Below are positions 52,100 to 61,259 of a stretch of DNA of 64,000 nt, piece by piece (within the stretch, counting starts at the first letter, position 1; every line of letters begins with the position of its first letter). The position numbers and the translations under genes are program-made. The notes beneath the pieces are model-generated. The model was not told the DNA's origin, made no database searches, and was given only the letters and a program-made list of their open reading frames with translations. Origin of the DNA: Chloroflexota bacterium (GTDB taxonomy: Bacteria; Chloroflexota; UBA11872); the NCBI GenBank assembly GCA_028874315.1, contig JAPPKM010000097.1:64532-128531 (forward strand). Direction: 5' to 3'.

Positions 52100-53483
52100 G
52101 ATTCGGACGCCGCACCTTGACGCGCTGGTCCGCTAGGGTGCGGCGTTCACGCATGCGTACTGTCAGAGCCCGTTGTGCTGTCCGAGTCGAGCGAGCTTCA
52201 TGACCGGTCGCTATCCGAGTGCCATCCACGTCAACTACAACGCGCTCGATTACTTTCCGCCGGCGGCAGAGACCACGCTGGTCAGCCGGCTGCTGGCGGA
52301 CGCGGGCTACGAGTGCGGGCTGGTTGGAAAGCTCCACCTGGCGGACGGGCACGGCGATTCCCATTCGGCCGAGCCTCGCGTGAACGATGGGTTTGGGTGG
52401 TTCGATTGGAGCCTGGGTCCGCACGACGATTGTGCGCCGGGCGTCCATGGCTACGCTGACTGGATTCGCGCGAAGGGCCACGAGCCGTCAGCCCTGTTTG
52501 CACGCCGCCCAACCACGCCGAATCGGCTGTATGCGCCGACGCCCGATCGCGACAACATCCCGGCCGAACTGCACCAATCGACGTGGTGCAGCGAGCGGGC
52601 GACTGCGTTTATCGAGCAGGCGCGAGAGCCGTGGCTCTTGTGCGTGAACGTCAATGACCCCCATCCGCCGTTCGATCCGCCGTGGGAGTACTACCGACGC
52701 TACGACCCCGGCTCGCTGTCCGATCCCTACTTCCGGGAGAGCGACCTCGACCAGCAGGAACGTCGCGCCGACATCGAGTGGTGGGCGCGCCGGCCGGTGC
52801 CGACGCGTCCGTCCGACATGGATGCAAAGCGCGTCCGGGCCGCGTACTACGCGATGATCGAGCTCATCGATGCGGAATTCGGGCGAATCGTCGAGCACCT
52901 GGAGGCCACCGGACAACGCCGCGATACCGTGATTGTCTTCATGAGCGATCACGGCGAGATGCTGGGCGATCACGGGCTGCAGGAAAAGGGCTGCCGGTTC
53001 TATGAGGGGATGGTGCGGGTTCCGCTGCTGATGTCGTGGCCGGACCGGATTCCGGCGGGGCGTCGCTGCGATTCGCTCGTCGAGCTAACCGACGTCGCCC
53101 CCACACTGCTGGAATTCGCCGGACAGCCGATCCCTGCGCTCATGCAGGGCCGGTCGCTGGCACTCGTAATCGAACGTGGTGACGACGACGGCGAGGCGCA
53201 TCGGAAATTCGTTCGCACGGAGTATTACGGGGCGCGCGGACGGCCAGCGGGCACGAGCTTTGCCACGATGTACCGCGATCGACGCTGGAAGCTGGTGGTG
53301 TACCACAATCACGGCACGGGCGAGCTTTACGACCTGGACGACGATCCCTGGGAGTTTATGGATCGCTGGAACGATCCCGACTTTCGGGACGTGAAGGCGG
53401 ATCTCATTGCGCGGAGTTTCGATGCCACGGCGATGGCGGCGGGATCGATGAATGCCGGCGACCGGACTGGAGGGCGGCGATGA
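52038..53483 (+). CDS. Sulfatase (formylglycine-dependent) with one in-frame TAG at 52134-52136
   Basis: 'LGNPEIRTPHLDALVR*GAAFTHAYCQSPLCCPSRASFMTGRY': CxPxR active-site motif; continuous family similarity across the TAG; C-terminus 'VIVFMSDHGEMLGDHG'. Confidence 0.65.
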
Positions 53484-54601
53484 TCGTTGATGGACATGCG
53501 TATTGCTTTCCGAGTCCGAACGAACGGCTGGATCCGCCAAGCGACGAGGACCCGCTGCGACACCTCCAGCGGGAAATGGGCATCCATCATCAACCGGCGT
53601 GGCGGACTCGTGACCGCGCGGCCGCGGGTGTCGATGCGCTGATCGATCTCGGCAACTGGGAAACGCTGGGGTCGCTCAAGGACGCCGATTTTCGCGCTGC
53701 CGGGTTCGGGCGCTTCGAGTGGCGGAGCGGCAGCGAAGTTATCGCCAAGCAGTATCAGCCCCCGTCCATGCAGGACATGGCCTACCCGCCGGAGCGGCTG
53801 GTGGCCGAGATGGACTACGCCGATGTCGAATGGGCCTTGCTGCACAAGTTCCAGGGAACGACGAACGACTACATGGCCGCCTGTGTTCGGGGATTCCCAC
53901 AGCGACTCCGCGCTCTCGCGCACGTCGCCGAGTGGCGCGTCGCCGACGACCCCGACGCAGCGATCGCCGAAGTGACGCGCGCGATAACCGAGCTCAAGCT
54001 CAGCGGTCTGCAATTCATGCCGTACCAGATGGACCTGTACGGGCACCACGAGGCGTGGGACGGCCCCGAGTACCGACCGTTCTGGGATGCCGTTGCGGAT
54101 CTCGGCGTGCCGGTCTACCTCACGCTGCTTCCTCGACGGGATCCGGCGATCGAGAGCTATCGCAACGAATTACGAACCCTGGAACGCTGGATGGAGCGAT
54201 ACCCGGAGACAACCGTCGTGCACACGCACGGATTCCCCTGGCGGATGTACATCGACGGCGATCGCGTTGCGCTGCCGGACTACGTATGGGAACCGTTTGC
54301 AAACCGGCGGCTGCATCTGCAGCTGCTCTTTCCGATTTCATTGGGCAACGTCTGGGACTATCCCATGCGGGAAGTGCAGCCGGTCATAGAGATGTGTGTG
54401 CGTCGAATCGGCGCCCGGCGCCTGATCTGGGGCACGGATATGCCGATGGTCATGCGATTCTGGACGTACAGGCAGAACATTGACTTCATAGACCGACACT
54501 GCGGATTTCTCGCGGATGAGGACCGCGACGCAATCCTCGGTGGAACCGCGGCGCGGTTGATGGGAGTGCCAGGCGCCGATTCGGCCTCATCGGGCGGCTG
54601 A
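53480..54601 (+). CDS. Amidohydrolase-2 family (TIM-barrel metal-dependent hydrolase)
   Basis: 'MIVDGHAYCF' start overlaps the sulfatase stop; C-terminal 'LIWGTDMP' motif. Confidence 0.65.
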   Translation: MIVDGHAYCFPSPNERLDPPSDEDPLRHLQREMGIHHQPAWRTRDRAAAGVDALIDLGNWETLGSLKDADFRAAGFGRFEWRSGSEVIAKQYQPPSMQDMAYPPERLVAEMDYADVEWALLHKFQGTTNDYMAACVRGFPQRLRALAHVAEWRVADDPDAAIAEVTRAITELKLSGLQFMPYQMDLYGHHEAWDGPEYRPFWDAVADLGVPVYLTLLPRRDPAIESYRNELRTLERWMERYPETTVVHTHGFPWRMYIDGDRVALPDYVWEPFANRRLHLQLLFPISLGNVWDYPMREVQPVIEMCVRRIGARRLIWGTDMPMVMRFWTYRQNIDFIDRHCGFLADEDRDAILGGTAARLMGVPGADSASSGG

Positions 54602-54606
54602 GCCCG

Positions 54607-55464
54607 ATGTACCACTCAATCGTTGCGAGCGCGCTCTCCATCAAGCCGACCAAGTGGGAGAAGGCTGAGAACGCCGACAAGCTTGAGGCCTTCATTCGCG
54701 AGGCTGCGCGTCACCGGCCCGATGTCATCGTCGCGCCGGAGGGATTCCTGGAGGGCTATGTGGTCATGGAAGTCGTCCGCGACCCTTCCAAGGCGGAAGC
54801 GATGCGGGCCCTGGCCGAGCCTCTCGATGGGCCGTACATCCAGCGCTTTCAATCGGTGGCGCGCGGCCTGAAGCGGAACATCTGTTTCGGCTTCGCCGAG
54901 CGCCGCGATGACGGGATTTACAACTGCGCCGTCTTCATCGGGTCGGATGGGGAGCTGTGCGGCGCGTATCGCAAGACGCAGCTGTCCGAAGGCACGCATC
55001 CGTCGTGGGACTTCAATCGCGTCGGAAAGCGATTGCGAGGCATAGTTACGCCCATTGGGCGGGTGGGCGTGCTGATTTGCAATGACCGCTGGAACGCCCA
55101 CATTGCCCGGACCCAGTTCATGGACGGCGCGCAAGTCCTGCTGATCCCGTCGTTCGGATCGCGAAAACGCGCCCAGACTGAGGCCGTGATGGCGCGAGCG
55201 CGGGAAAGCGGTGTCCCGGTGGTCGAGGCGGCCGTGGGCGTCAATCTCATCATCAGCAAGGGCGAGGTCGTGGCATACACGTGGGGTGTCGATCGGATCA
55301 CCACGGCGCGCATCGAGATTCCGGCGTGGCCAGCGCCGGCCCTGGCGAACGAGATGGAGCGAACCTACCTGGCCGGGCAGGACGCCGAGATGTTGCGCCG
55401 GCATCGCCACACGATGGAGGAACTGAAACAGGAGGCGGCCACCCAGCGGCCGGGGGGCGGATGA
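54607..55464 (+). CDS. Carbon-nitrogen hydrolase (nitrilase superfamily)
   Basis: 'VIVAPEGFLEGY' (catalytic Glu), 'YRKTQL' (Lys), 'VLICNDRWN' (Cys) triad. Confidence 0.8.
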   Translation: MYHSIVASALSIKPTKWEKAENADKLEAFIREAARHRPDVIVAPEGFLEGYVVMEVVRDPSKAEAMRALAEPLDGPYIQRFQSVARGLKRNICFGFAERRDDGIYNCAVFIGSDGELCGAYRKTQLSEGTHPSWDFNRVGKRLRGIVTPIGRVGVLICNDRWNAHIARTQFMDGAQVLLIPSFGSRKRAQTEAVMARARESGVPVVEAAVGVNLIISKGEVVAYTWGVDRITTARIEIPAWPAPALANEMERTYLAGQDAEMLRRHRHTMEELKQEAATQRPGGG

Positions 55465-55630
55465 GTTAGAGATGGCTCGGACTCAGGCGTGCACGACTCG
55501 CCCTGCGACGCCTCCTACTTGAGCGAACCCACCAAGACCGCGCCGGTTAGCACCGCCCAGATCAAGCCGATTCTCAGCGCCTGACTGACGCAAGCCCTGG
55601 TACCAAGACTCGGGGCAGCTGACGTAGATC

Positions 55631-56410
55631 TCAGCCTGTGCGAACGCGCAGCCCGTAGTCCTGCTGTCGCGGGAGCAATGCCACGTCGTCGGGCGGGGCG
55701 AAGTACTCATAGACAGGCCCGCGGCGTTTGTGCGGCGAGGTATTGGGCGCGGAGAAGTGATAGGTGAGGCAGTGGAAGAGCAGGGCGCCGCCCGCCGGCA
55801 CTTCGGCCTGGACGACTTCGTCGCGACTGAATAACTCCGGGGCCAGCGGGTTGGTGTGCAGACCACGCCGGTGACTGCCCGGCACGACCTCGATACAGCC
55901 GTTCGCGGCCGACGAGTCGTCCAGGTAGTACTGGATCGCCACCACCGGCGCGCGTTCCGGCGTGAGGTCCGTACCCTGTTCGATGAGCCGGGCGACCTCC
56001 GCCGGAGAGACGAAGCCCTCCGAGAGGTCCTGGTGCCAGTGCTTGGCCGATCCCTCGAACGGCGGCTTCATCATCAGCTTGGAGTGGTGGAACCGGAGGT
56101 CCGGCCCCAGCAGGTCCTCGAAGACATCCAGCGTAAGAGGATGCGTCAGGAGCGCACGCCACGGCTCGCCGCCGTGGTGATGGATTGCCTGGATCTTTCG
56201 CAACGCGACGTGGTCATCCGTGCTGGTCTTCTCGACGTCGAAGTGCGGGTGCTGATGGTGCTGAGCCCAGGCCTCGAGCACATCGACGGACGCTCGCAGG
56301 ACGTCGAGATCATCCGGCGCGATGGCGTCCTCGAGCACCAGGAATCCCTGGTCGTGGAAGGCCCCGACCTGTGATGCCGTCAAGCGATTGAGTGTGCGGG
56401 TCATCAGCAC
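55631..56410 (-). CDS. Phytanoyl-CoA dioxygenase (PhyH) family Fe(II)/2OG oxygenase
   Basis: 'LTASQVGAFHDQGFLVLED' start; 'HWHQD' HxD and 'LLFHCLTYHFSAPN' distal-His region. Confidence 0.7.
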   Translation of the reverse strand: MLMTRTLNRLTASQVGAFHDQGFLVLEDAIAPDDLDVLRASVDVLEAWAQHHQHPHFDVEKTSTDDHVALRKIQAIHHHGGEPWRALLTHPLTLDVFEDLLGPDLRFHHSKLMMKPPFEGSAKHWHQDLSEGFVSPAEVARLIEQGTDLTPERAPVVAIQYYLDDSSAANGCIEVVPGSHRRGLHTNPLAPELFSRDEVVQAEVPAGGALLFHCLTYHFSAPNTSPHKRRGPVYEYFAPPDDVALLPRQQDYGLRVRTG

Positions 56411-56468
56411 AGCGATCTCCTCCAGTTCTGTGCTCGACTCGGTGTTGGTCGACGCGTTCGATCAGAGT

Positions 56469-58079
56469 TCATTCTGAACGATCCGTAAAGGTGAATCCGT
56501 GGAGCCGAGCGTGACCGTAGATCCAGAATCGCAGCTGCAGGGGCTCGGCGACCGACGGCAAGTGCCCTGAGTCGGCCCAGAGGACCGGTTGCTCGGCGCC
56601 ATCGGTGCCGAGGTGATGGCAGTCGGCACGCCCGAATCCGTCGATCTCCTCAACATTCGAACCGAGCACGGCGACGTCGATCCAGCTGCGGCCCGCCAGC
56701 GTCCGGCTCACGCTTGCGGAAAGCCCAACCGGCGCAGCCGAGGGCTCGATCGGAACGGTGGTGACGATTGCCGGCATCTCGTGATCGCGGGACTCCAGGC
56801 CGGTGAAACCGTCAAGCGGGAGCGTGGCGAGTCCCATCTGGGCCGGGTAGATGCTTCCGACGCTTTGCGGCCACCCCACTTTTTTCGGCACCCGGTCGCC
56901 GAGCGGCCACATCGTCCAGGTTTCGGCCTGACCGGAGTAGTAGAGGCGAAGCTCAGAGCCGTATACGACCACGTCGCTGGAGGTCACGATGAATCCGCTG
57001 TCCCACTCGTGCCTGGCGCCTCGACGAATCACCGGCTGATGTGCATTGAAACGCTTGAATACCTCGCCATCCCGGCTGACGGCGAGCCGCACGTCTCCCA
57101 CGTAGGAATCGAGCAGCGGCTCGATCCACTCGATTTCGTAGAGCATGAAGTAGTAGCCCTTCCACGGGAAGACCGAGATGAAGTGGATCTGAAACTCCTC
57201 GCCATCGTCCGGGTCGATGATGGGGTTGTGGGTTGAGCGGGTCCACGTCCACGGGTCCGGGCCGTACGCCATACCGCCTTTGCGGCTCGTCCAGCCGCCT
57301 CGCTCCGGCGACTTCGGCGCGGAGATCTGGCCGTAACACTTGTAGCGGCGCTCTGGATCGGGGTCCTGGGGGTCGTACAACACCTAGTGCACGTCGAACC
57401 ACGCTTCAGGATCGGGGAGCCAGCGGTAGGCCCCATCCGGCGTGCGATCGGATGTCAGGCTGGGCTTCCCTTCGCGCGTGAAGTGAATGCCGTCGAGCGA
57501 GTTCCAGATCTCCTTGTTCTCGTTTTCGTCCGGAAGGAAGAGCTTGTAGCGACGATCGGGATCCGGGTCTGCTATGTCCTTCAGGCAGGGGCCGTTCGTC
57601 CGGCGCGGCGTGTTGTCAACGAGCAAGTTGTTCGCGCGCGAACCCTTGTATTCGCAGATGCCAAGGTCCGGGCGGTCCCAGGCGACGCCATCGTTGCTGG
57701 TGGCATAGCCCGTGCGCGGTCGCTGGATGCCGGCCTCTTCGGCGTCAATGCCCATGTACCAGCACTTGAAAAGGCCATCTTCGGCGTCCCAGAGAACTGT
57801 CCCCTGCCAAGGCGACGCCTGCATCGAATCCCAGCGTCCGATCAGACCGGCCGGAAGGACGGGATTGGCCGGGTGTTTTGTGGCACTGGTCACGACGAGG
57901 CGTGCGTTGTGCATCTCGGCCACCTCAAGCAGGTCAGCGAAGAGCACGCTGCGGCCTGGCGTACTCGCCAGGCGGACCGACTCCGGGTAGGCGGCCGGCA
58001 TCAGCGAAGCCCGTCTTGCTTCCGTAGCGTGATGGTCGGCCAAGCGCGTCGGGTTCCGGGAAGTGCAGGCGACTCGCAT
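56469..58079 (-). CDS. Two-module beta-propeller glycoside-hydrolase-like protein (GH43/GH32/GH130-clan fold) with one in-frame TAG at 57384-57386
   Basis: Two tandem halves, each beginning with 'DPDP(D/E)RRYK'. The reverse strand reads '...AWFDVH*VLYDPQDPDPERRYK' continuously in a single frame. Confidence 0.5.
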
Positions 58080-58446
58080 TGCGGGACCGTGCCTTCACGA
58101 GTCGATCGCGCGGGGCGGACGTGTCCCAGATGGATTCTGCCGCTTCTCACTCGATCAGTTATCGGCATGGCCTGAGAGTTCGTGCGCCGCCCGGCGCCGG
58201 CTGATCGGACGCGGAGGTTCATGGCTCAGGCGTCAACACCATGCACTTGAAATTCGTAATACGGTCATACGGTATACAAGAGTTCCCCGGTACCGTCGGG
58301 CGGCGGTCATTGGCCCGACTTCACTTGGAGTCGCCGTGAATTCCGTTGGTTCATCCTTAGCTCACGTCGACCGGGCAGAGACTTCGGGCGGCGGTAGGTC
58401 CGGAATCGAGAGCGCGCACCTGTCGCTGATTCGCCGACGCCCAACG

Positions 58447-59112
58447 GTGGCCGAGTCCATTGCCGAGATCTTGACGGACGCGATCGTCTATGGGGACGTC
58501 GAGCCCGGCGCACCGATTACGCAGCTTGAGCTCGCCGGGCAATTTGATGTGTCTCGCATCGCCGTCCGCGACGCTCTCCAGCTGTTGCGGCGGCGCGGTC
58601 TGATCATCGACAGCCCAAGTCATCGGACGTTCGTTCAGACAGTCTCGATCGAGACCGCTCGCGAGGTTGCCGAGTATCGGACCCTGCTAGAGGCCGAGGC
58701 GGCACGCATCGCGTGTCACCGTCTGACACCTGATGACCTCGAGGAACTCGACCAGCACATCTCGCGTCAGGCGGACATCGCGCGTCTCGACGACTTCGGC
58801 AGGTTCAGGCGTGCCGACGTGGCCTTTCGCCGTCGAATCGCCGAAGTGTGTGACAACACGCTGCTGGCCGAACAGCTCGTATACGTTGCCTACCGCTCCC
58901 AGCAGATCGTTAGCTATGCGGTCCGCGTCACGCCTGACGGGAAGGACTACGACAATAGTCGGGGGATGCGGGCGACCGTTCGCAGGCACCGACAGATGGT
59001 TCGGGCGTTGCGGCGCCGCGACGCTGAGCATGCGGAACAGGTGTTTCGGGGGTGTATCGCAGAGTCACATGCGCGGCTGCTAGATCGCCTGCGAGCGAGC
59101 GAGCACGCGTAA
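58447..59112 (+). CDS. GntR/FadR-family transcriptional regulator
   Basis: N-terminal wHTH 'ITQLELAGQFDVSRIAVRDALQLLRRRGLI'; FCD-type C-terminal helical domain; GTG start chosen for typical length. Confidence 0.65.
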   Translation: MAESIAEILTDAIVYGDVEPGAPITQLELAGQFDVSRIAVRDALQLLRRRGLIIDSPSHRTFVQTVSIETAREVAEYRTLLEAEAARIACHRLTPDDLEELDQHISRQADIARLDDFGRFRRADVAFRRRIAEVCDNTLLAEQLVYVAYRSQQIVSYAVRVTPDGKDYDNSRGMRATVRRHRQMVRALRRRDAEHAEQVFRGCIAESHARLLDRLRASEHA

Positions 59113-59221
59113 GGGAGACATCGGGACGTTCGATCTGCTGATGGCGCCGCGCGGACCGGCTTCGGGCATGCGCGCCGCATTCTTCGGCAAGCGTGATGCG
59201 GAACGATCATCAAGCCGTGAC

Positions 59222-59390
59222 CTAGACGATCTGCCAGCCCTGCATCGGCATCACGGACGCCATGTGCGTCGACGTGCGCCCGGTCGACTGTGTCCATCCG
59301 GTACCGGGAACGCCGGAGTCCGCATCCACGGAGGATTTGTACTTCGATCCGGTGGTTTGCATCGACTGCGGAGCGTGCGAGCGGGTCTGA
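59222..59390 (+). pseudogene. Degenerate 7Fe-type ferredoxin remnant
   Basis: 'VT*TICQPCIGITDAMCVDVRPVDCVHP...VVCIDCGACERV'. The TAG sits where the conserved Tyr of 'MTYVI' is expected. A cluster-ligand Cys is replaced by Arg. The C-terminus is truncated. Confidence 0.4.
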
Positions 59391-59534
59391 CCGGTGACGG
59401 CGATCTTCCTGAGCTTCGACATGCCTGAGGATAGGACGCACCACGCCCAGCTGAACGCCGACACTGCCGCCGTTAGAGTGGCACGGGCAGCCGAGGCCGA
59501 CCTTCGGGACTTTGCCATTGCTCATCAGTGCGCG

Positions 59535-59696
59535 CGTATTGGCCGCAGAATTGACGTGAGTGCGACAGCAAGCCCGCAGGGCTGGAGCAGACCCGAAGGC
59601 GATGACTCAAACCTGTTAGCGCGGTGAGATTGGAGGGTCTTTGACCAAACGTGCGACCAAGCCGAATGTCGCGCGTTCGAATCCCGTCCCCCGCTC
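59535..59696 (+). repeat. Repeat copy C: only the ~165-nt core with tRNA-like 3' end ('GTCGCGCGTTCGAATCCCGTCCCCCGCTC')
   Basis: Alignable with the 3' ends of copies A and B. Confidence 0.65.
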
Positions 59697-60187
59697 TCAA
59701 CATGATTCGTTCGGTGATATCGATGACTACGTGAATAGGGGCACTAGGTCCCTTCCGTCCACGGTCGTACCACGCATGGTCCGCAATGGCTACGCAGCGA
59801 AGGTACGTTTCGTCCCCTGGCGCGACCTGGTGACAGGCGGGACGACGCCAGGCGATACGGTCGTTCTGGTCTGGAGCACGCCCTGGTTTCAGCAGCGTCC
59901 GCGACGGTTGGCCCCGCTTGGCCGCCGGACGCCGGCCGGCGCTGCTGGAATCGATAACCGGAGCGGAAGCGGCGACGCCTGGGCCCACCACGGGTGACTG
60001 GGGCCCGGCAGGCCCAGAACGTCGGATGGAGGCCCAAGGGTTTCGCGCCGCAGTCCACCCGCTATGTGGCCTGCGTCGATCACAGGTCGTACGGTGTGAC
60101 AGGCCGCACGCGCAGGCACGGCCGAGACGGCGTTGTGGGCAACAGTAGGCCTGTTGCGGCCGACGCGAGGGGGACTGAATCACGTGG

Positions 60188-60295
60188 GCGGAAGGGCATA
60201 TTGACTTTGCGCGGGGGCGCAGCTTAGGGCTTGAGCTGTGACTTCATGCCGGCACCGGACACTCCCCGCGCAAAGTCAATGCGCCCTTCCGCCGG
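60188..60295 (+). repeat. ~30-bp near-perfect inverted repeat flanking a ~40-bp spacer, followed by an AT-rich segment
   Basis: 'GGCGGAAGGGCATATTGACTTTGCGCGGGG' ... 'CCCCGCGCAAAGTCAATGCGCCCTTCCGCC'. Confidence 0.5.
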
Positions 60296-61259
60296 TACGC
60301 CAACGTGATGAAGGGAACATCACACGTTCAAGTTATGTGAGTGTAGGTTCATTCATAGTTCTGAGTCAATCCACCTGCTGAGGAGTGATGGCGCATTCCG
60401 CGTCGGACAGATTGCTCACACCAATCGGAGCCTCTCCCGCGCATGCCGGCACTCGCCAGTATTCAGGGTAGCGTCTGGCTGAGCCTCGATGGCAGTGCGC
60501 GCGCATTCCGCTGCGTAGGGCCGGCCTGGCGCTGAGACGGAATCTATCCCAGGTTCGGCAGAACCCCGGTCTGCCGCCTGGGAGCTGTCGGCCTCTGCAA
60601 TTGACTCAAGTGGGAATGGGGTCGAACCCGGGCGGACAGCGGCGCTGGACCGTGCACACCGCCCATTGCCGGGTCGCTCACGGGCAGTCGTACAGAAACT
60701 CGAGCATCACAAGCTATGAGGCTCTCTCCGCCCGGCCGGCGCCGCCTAGAAGTGCGCAACCGGCACCCTGGGAGAGGTCAGGTCAAACGGATCGGTCAAT
60801 CTTCACGACCGGGCGTTGCCCACGGCTTGCTGGGGGAGCCAAGCGTCGATTGGTTTCAGCAAACGGGAGGACCGGACCGGAGAAGAGCCGGGAAGCTCGC
60901 CGGCCGTGGGGATAAGCCCAGACTTCGGCCACTCGCCCGGTCTGCAGAGGTCTCTGATAGAACCTGATTGAACGCATTGGCCGAGCCAGGGGGTGTTGGG
61001 ACACTTTCGATTCTCGTAGCGAAAACTCGAGGCGAGTCAGTCACTAGTTCAGTGGAAGACTCATCGTCTCCGAAACTCCGTGCCCCAGCCCGCCAGTCCG
61101 AAACCCGTCCGCGCCGACTATTCCACGTGCCGGACGGCCAAGTCGGCGGTGCGCGTCTACGGCCCGGCCGCACCTGGCCGGTCCATAGTGAACTTGCGGC
61201 TCACAGGTTGCTCTTGGTTGAGGCGACCAGCGTCATTGCTCCGGGCTTGCGCCTAGCTG

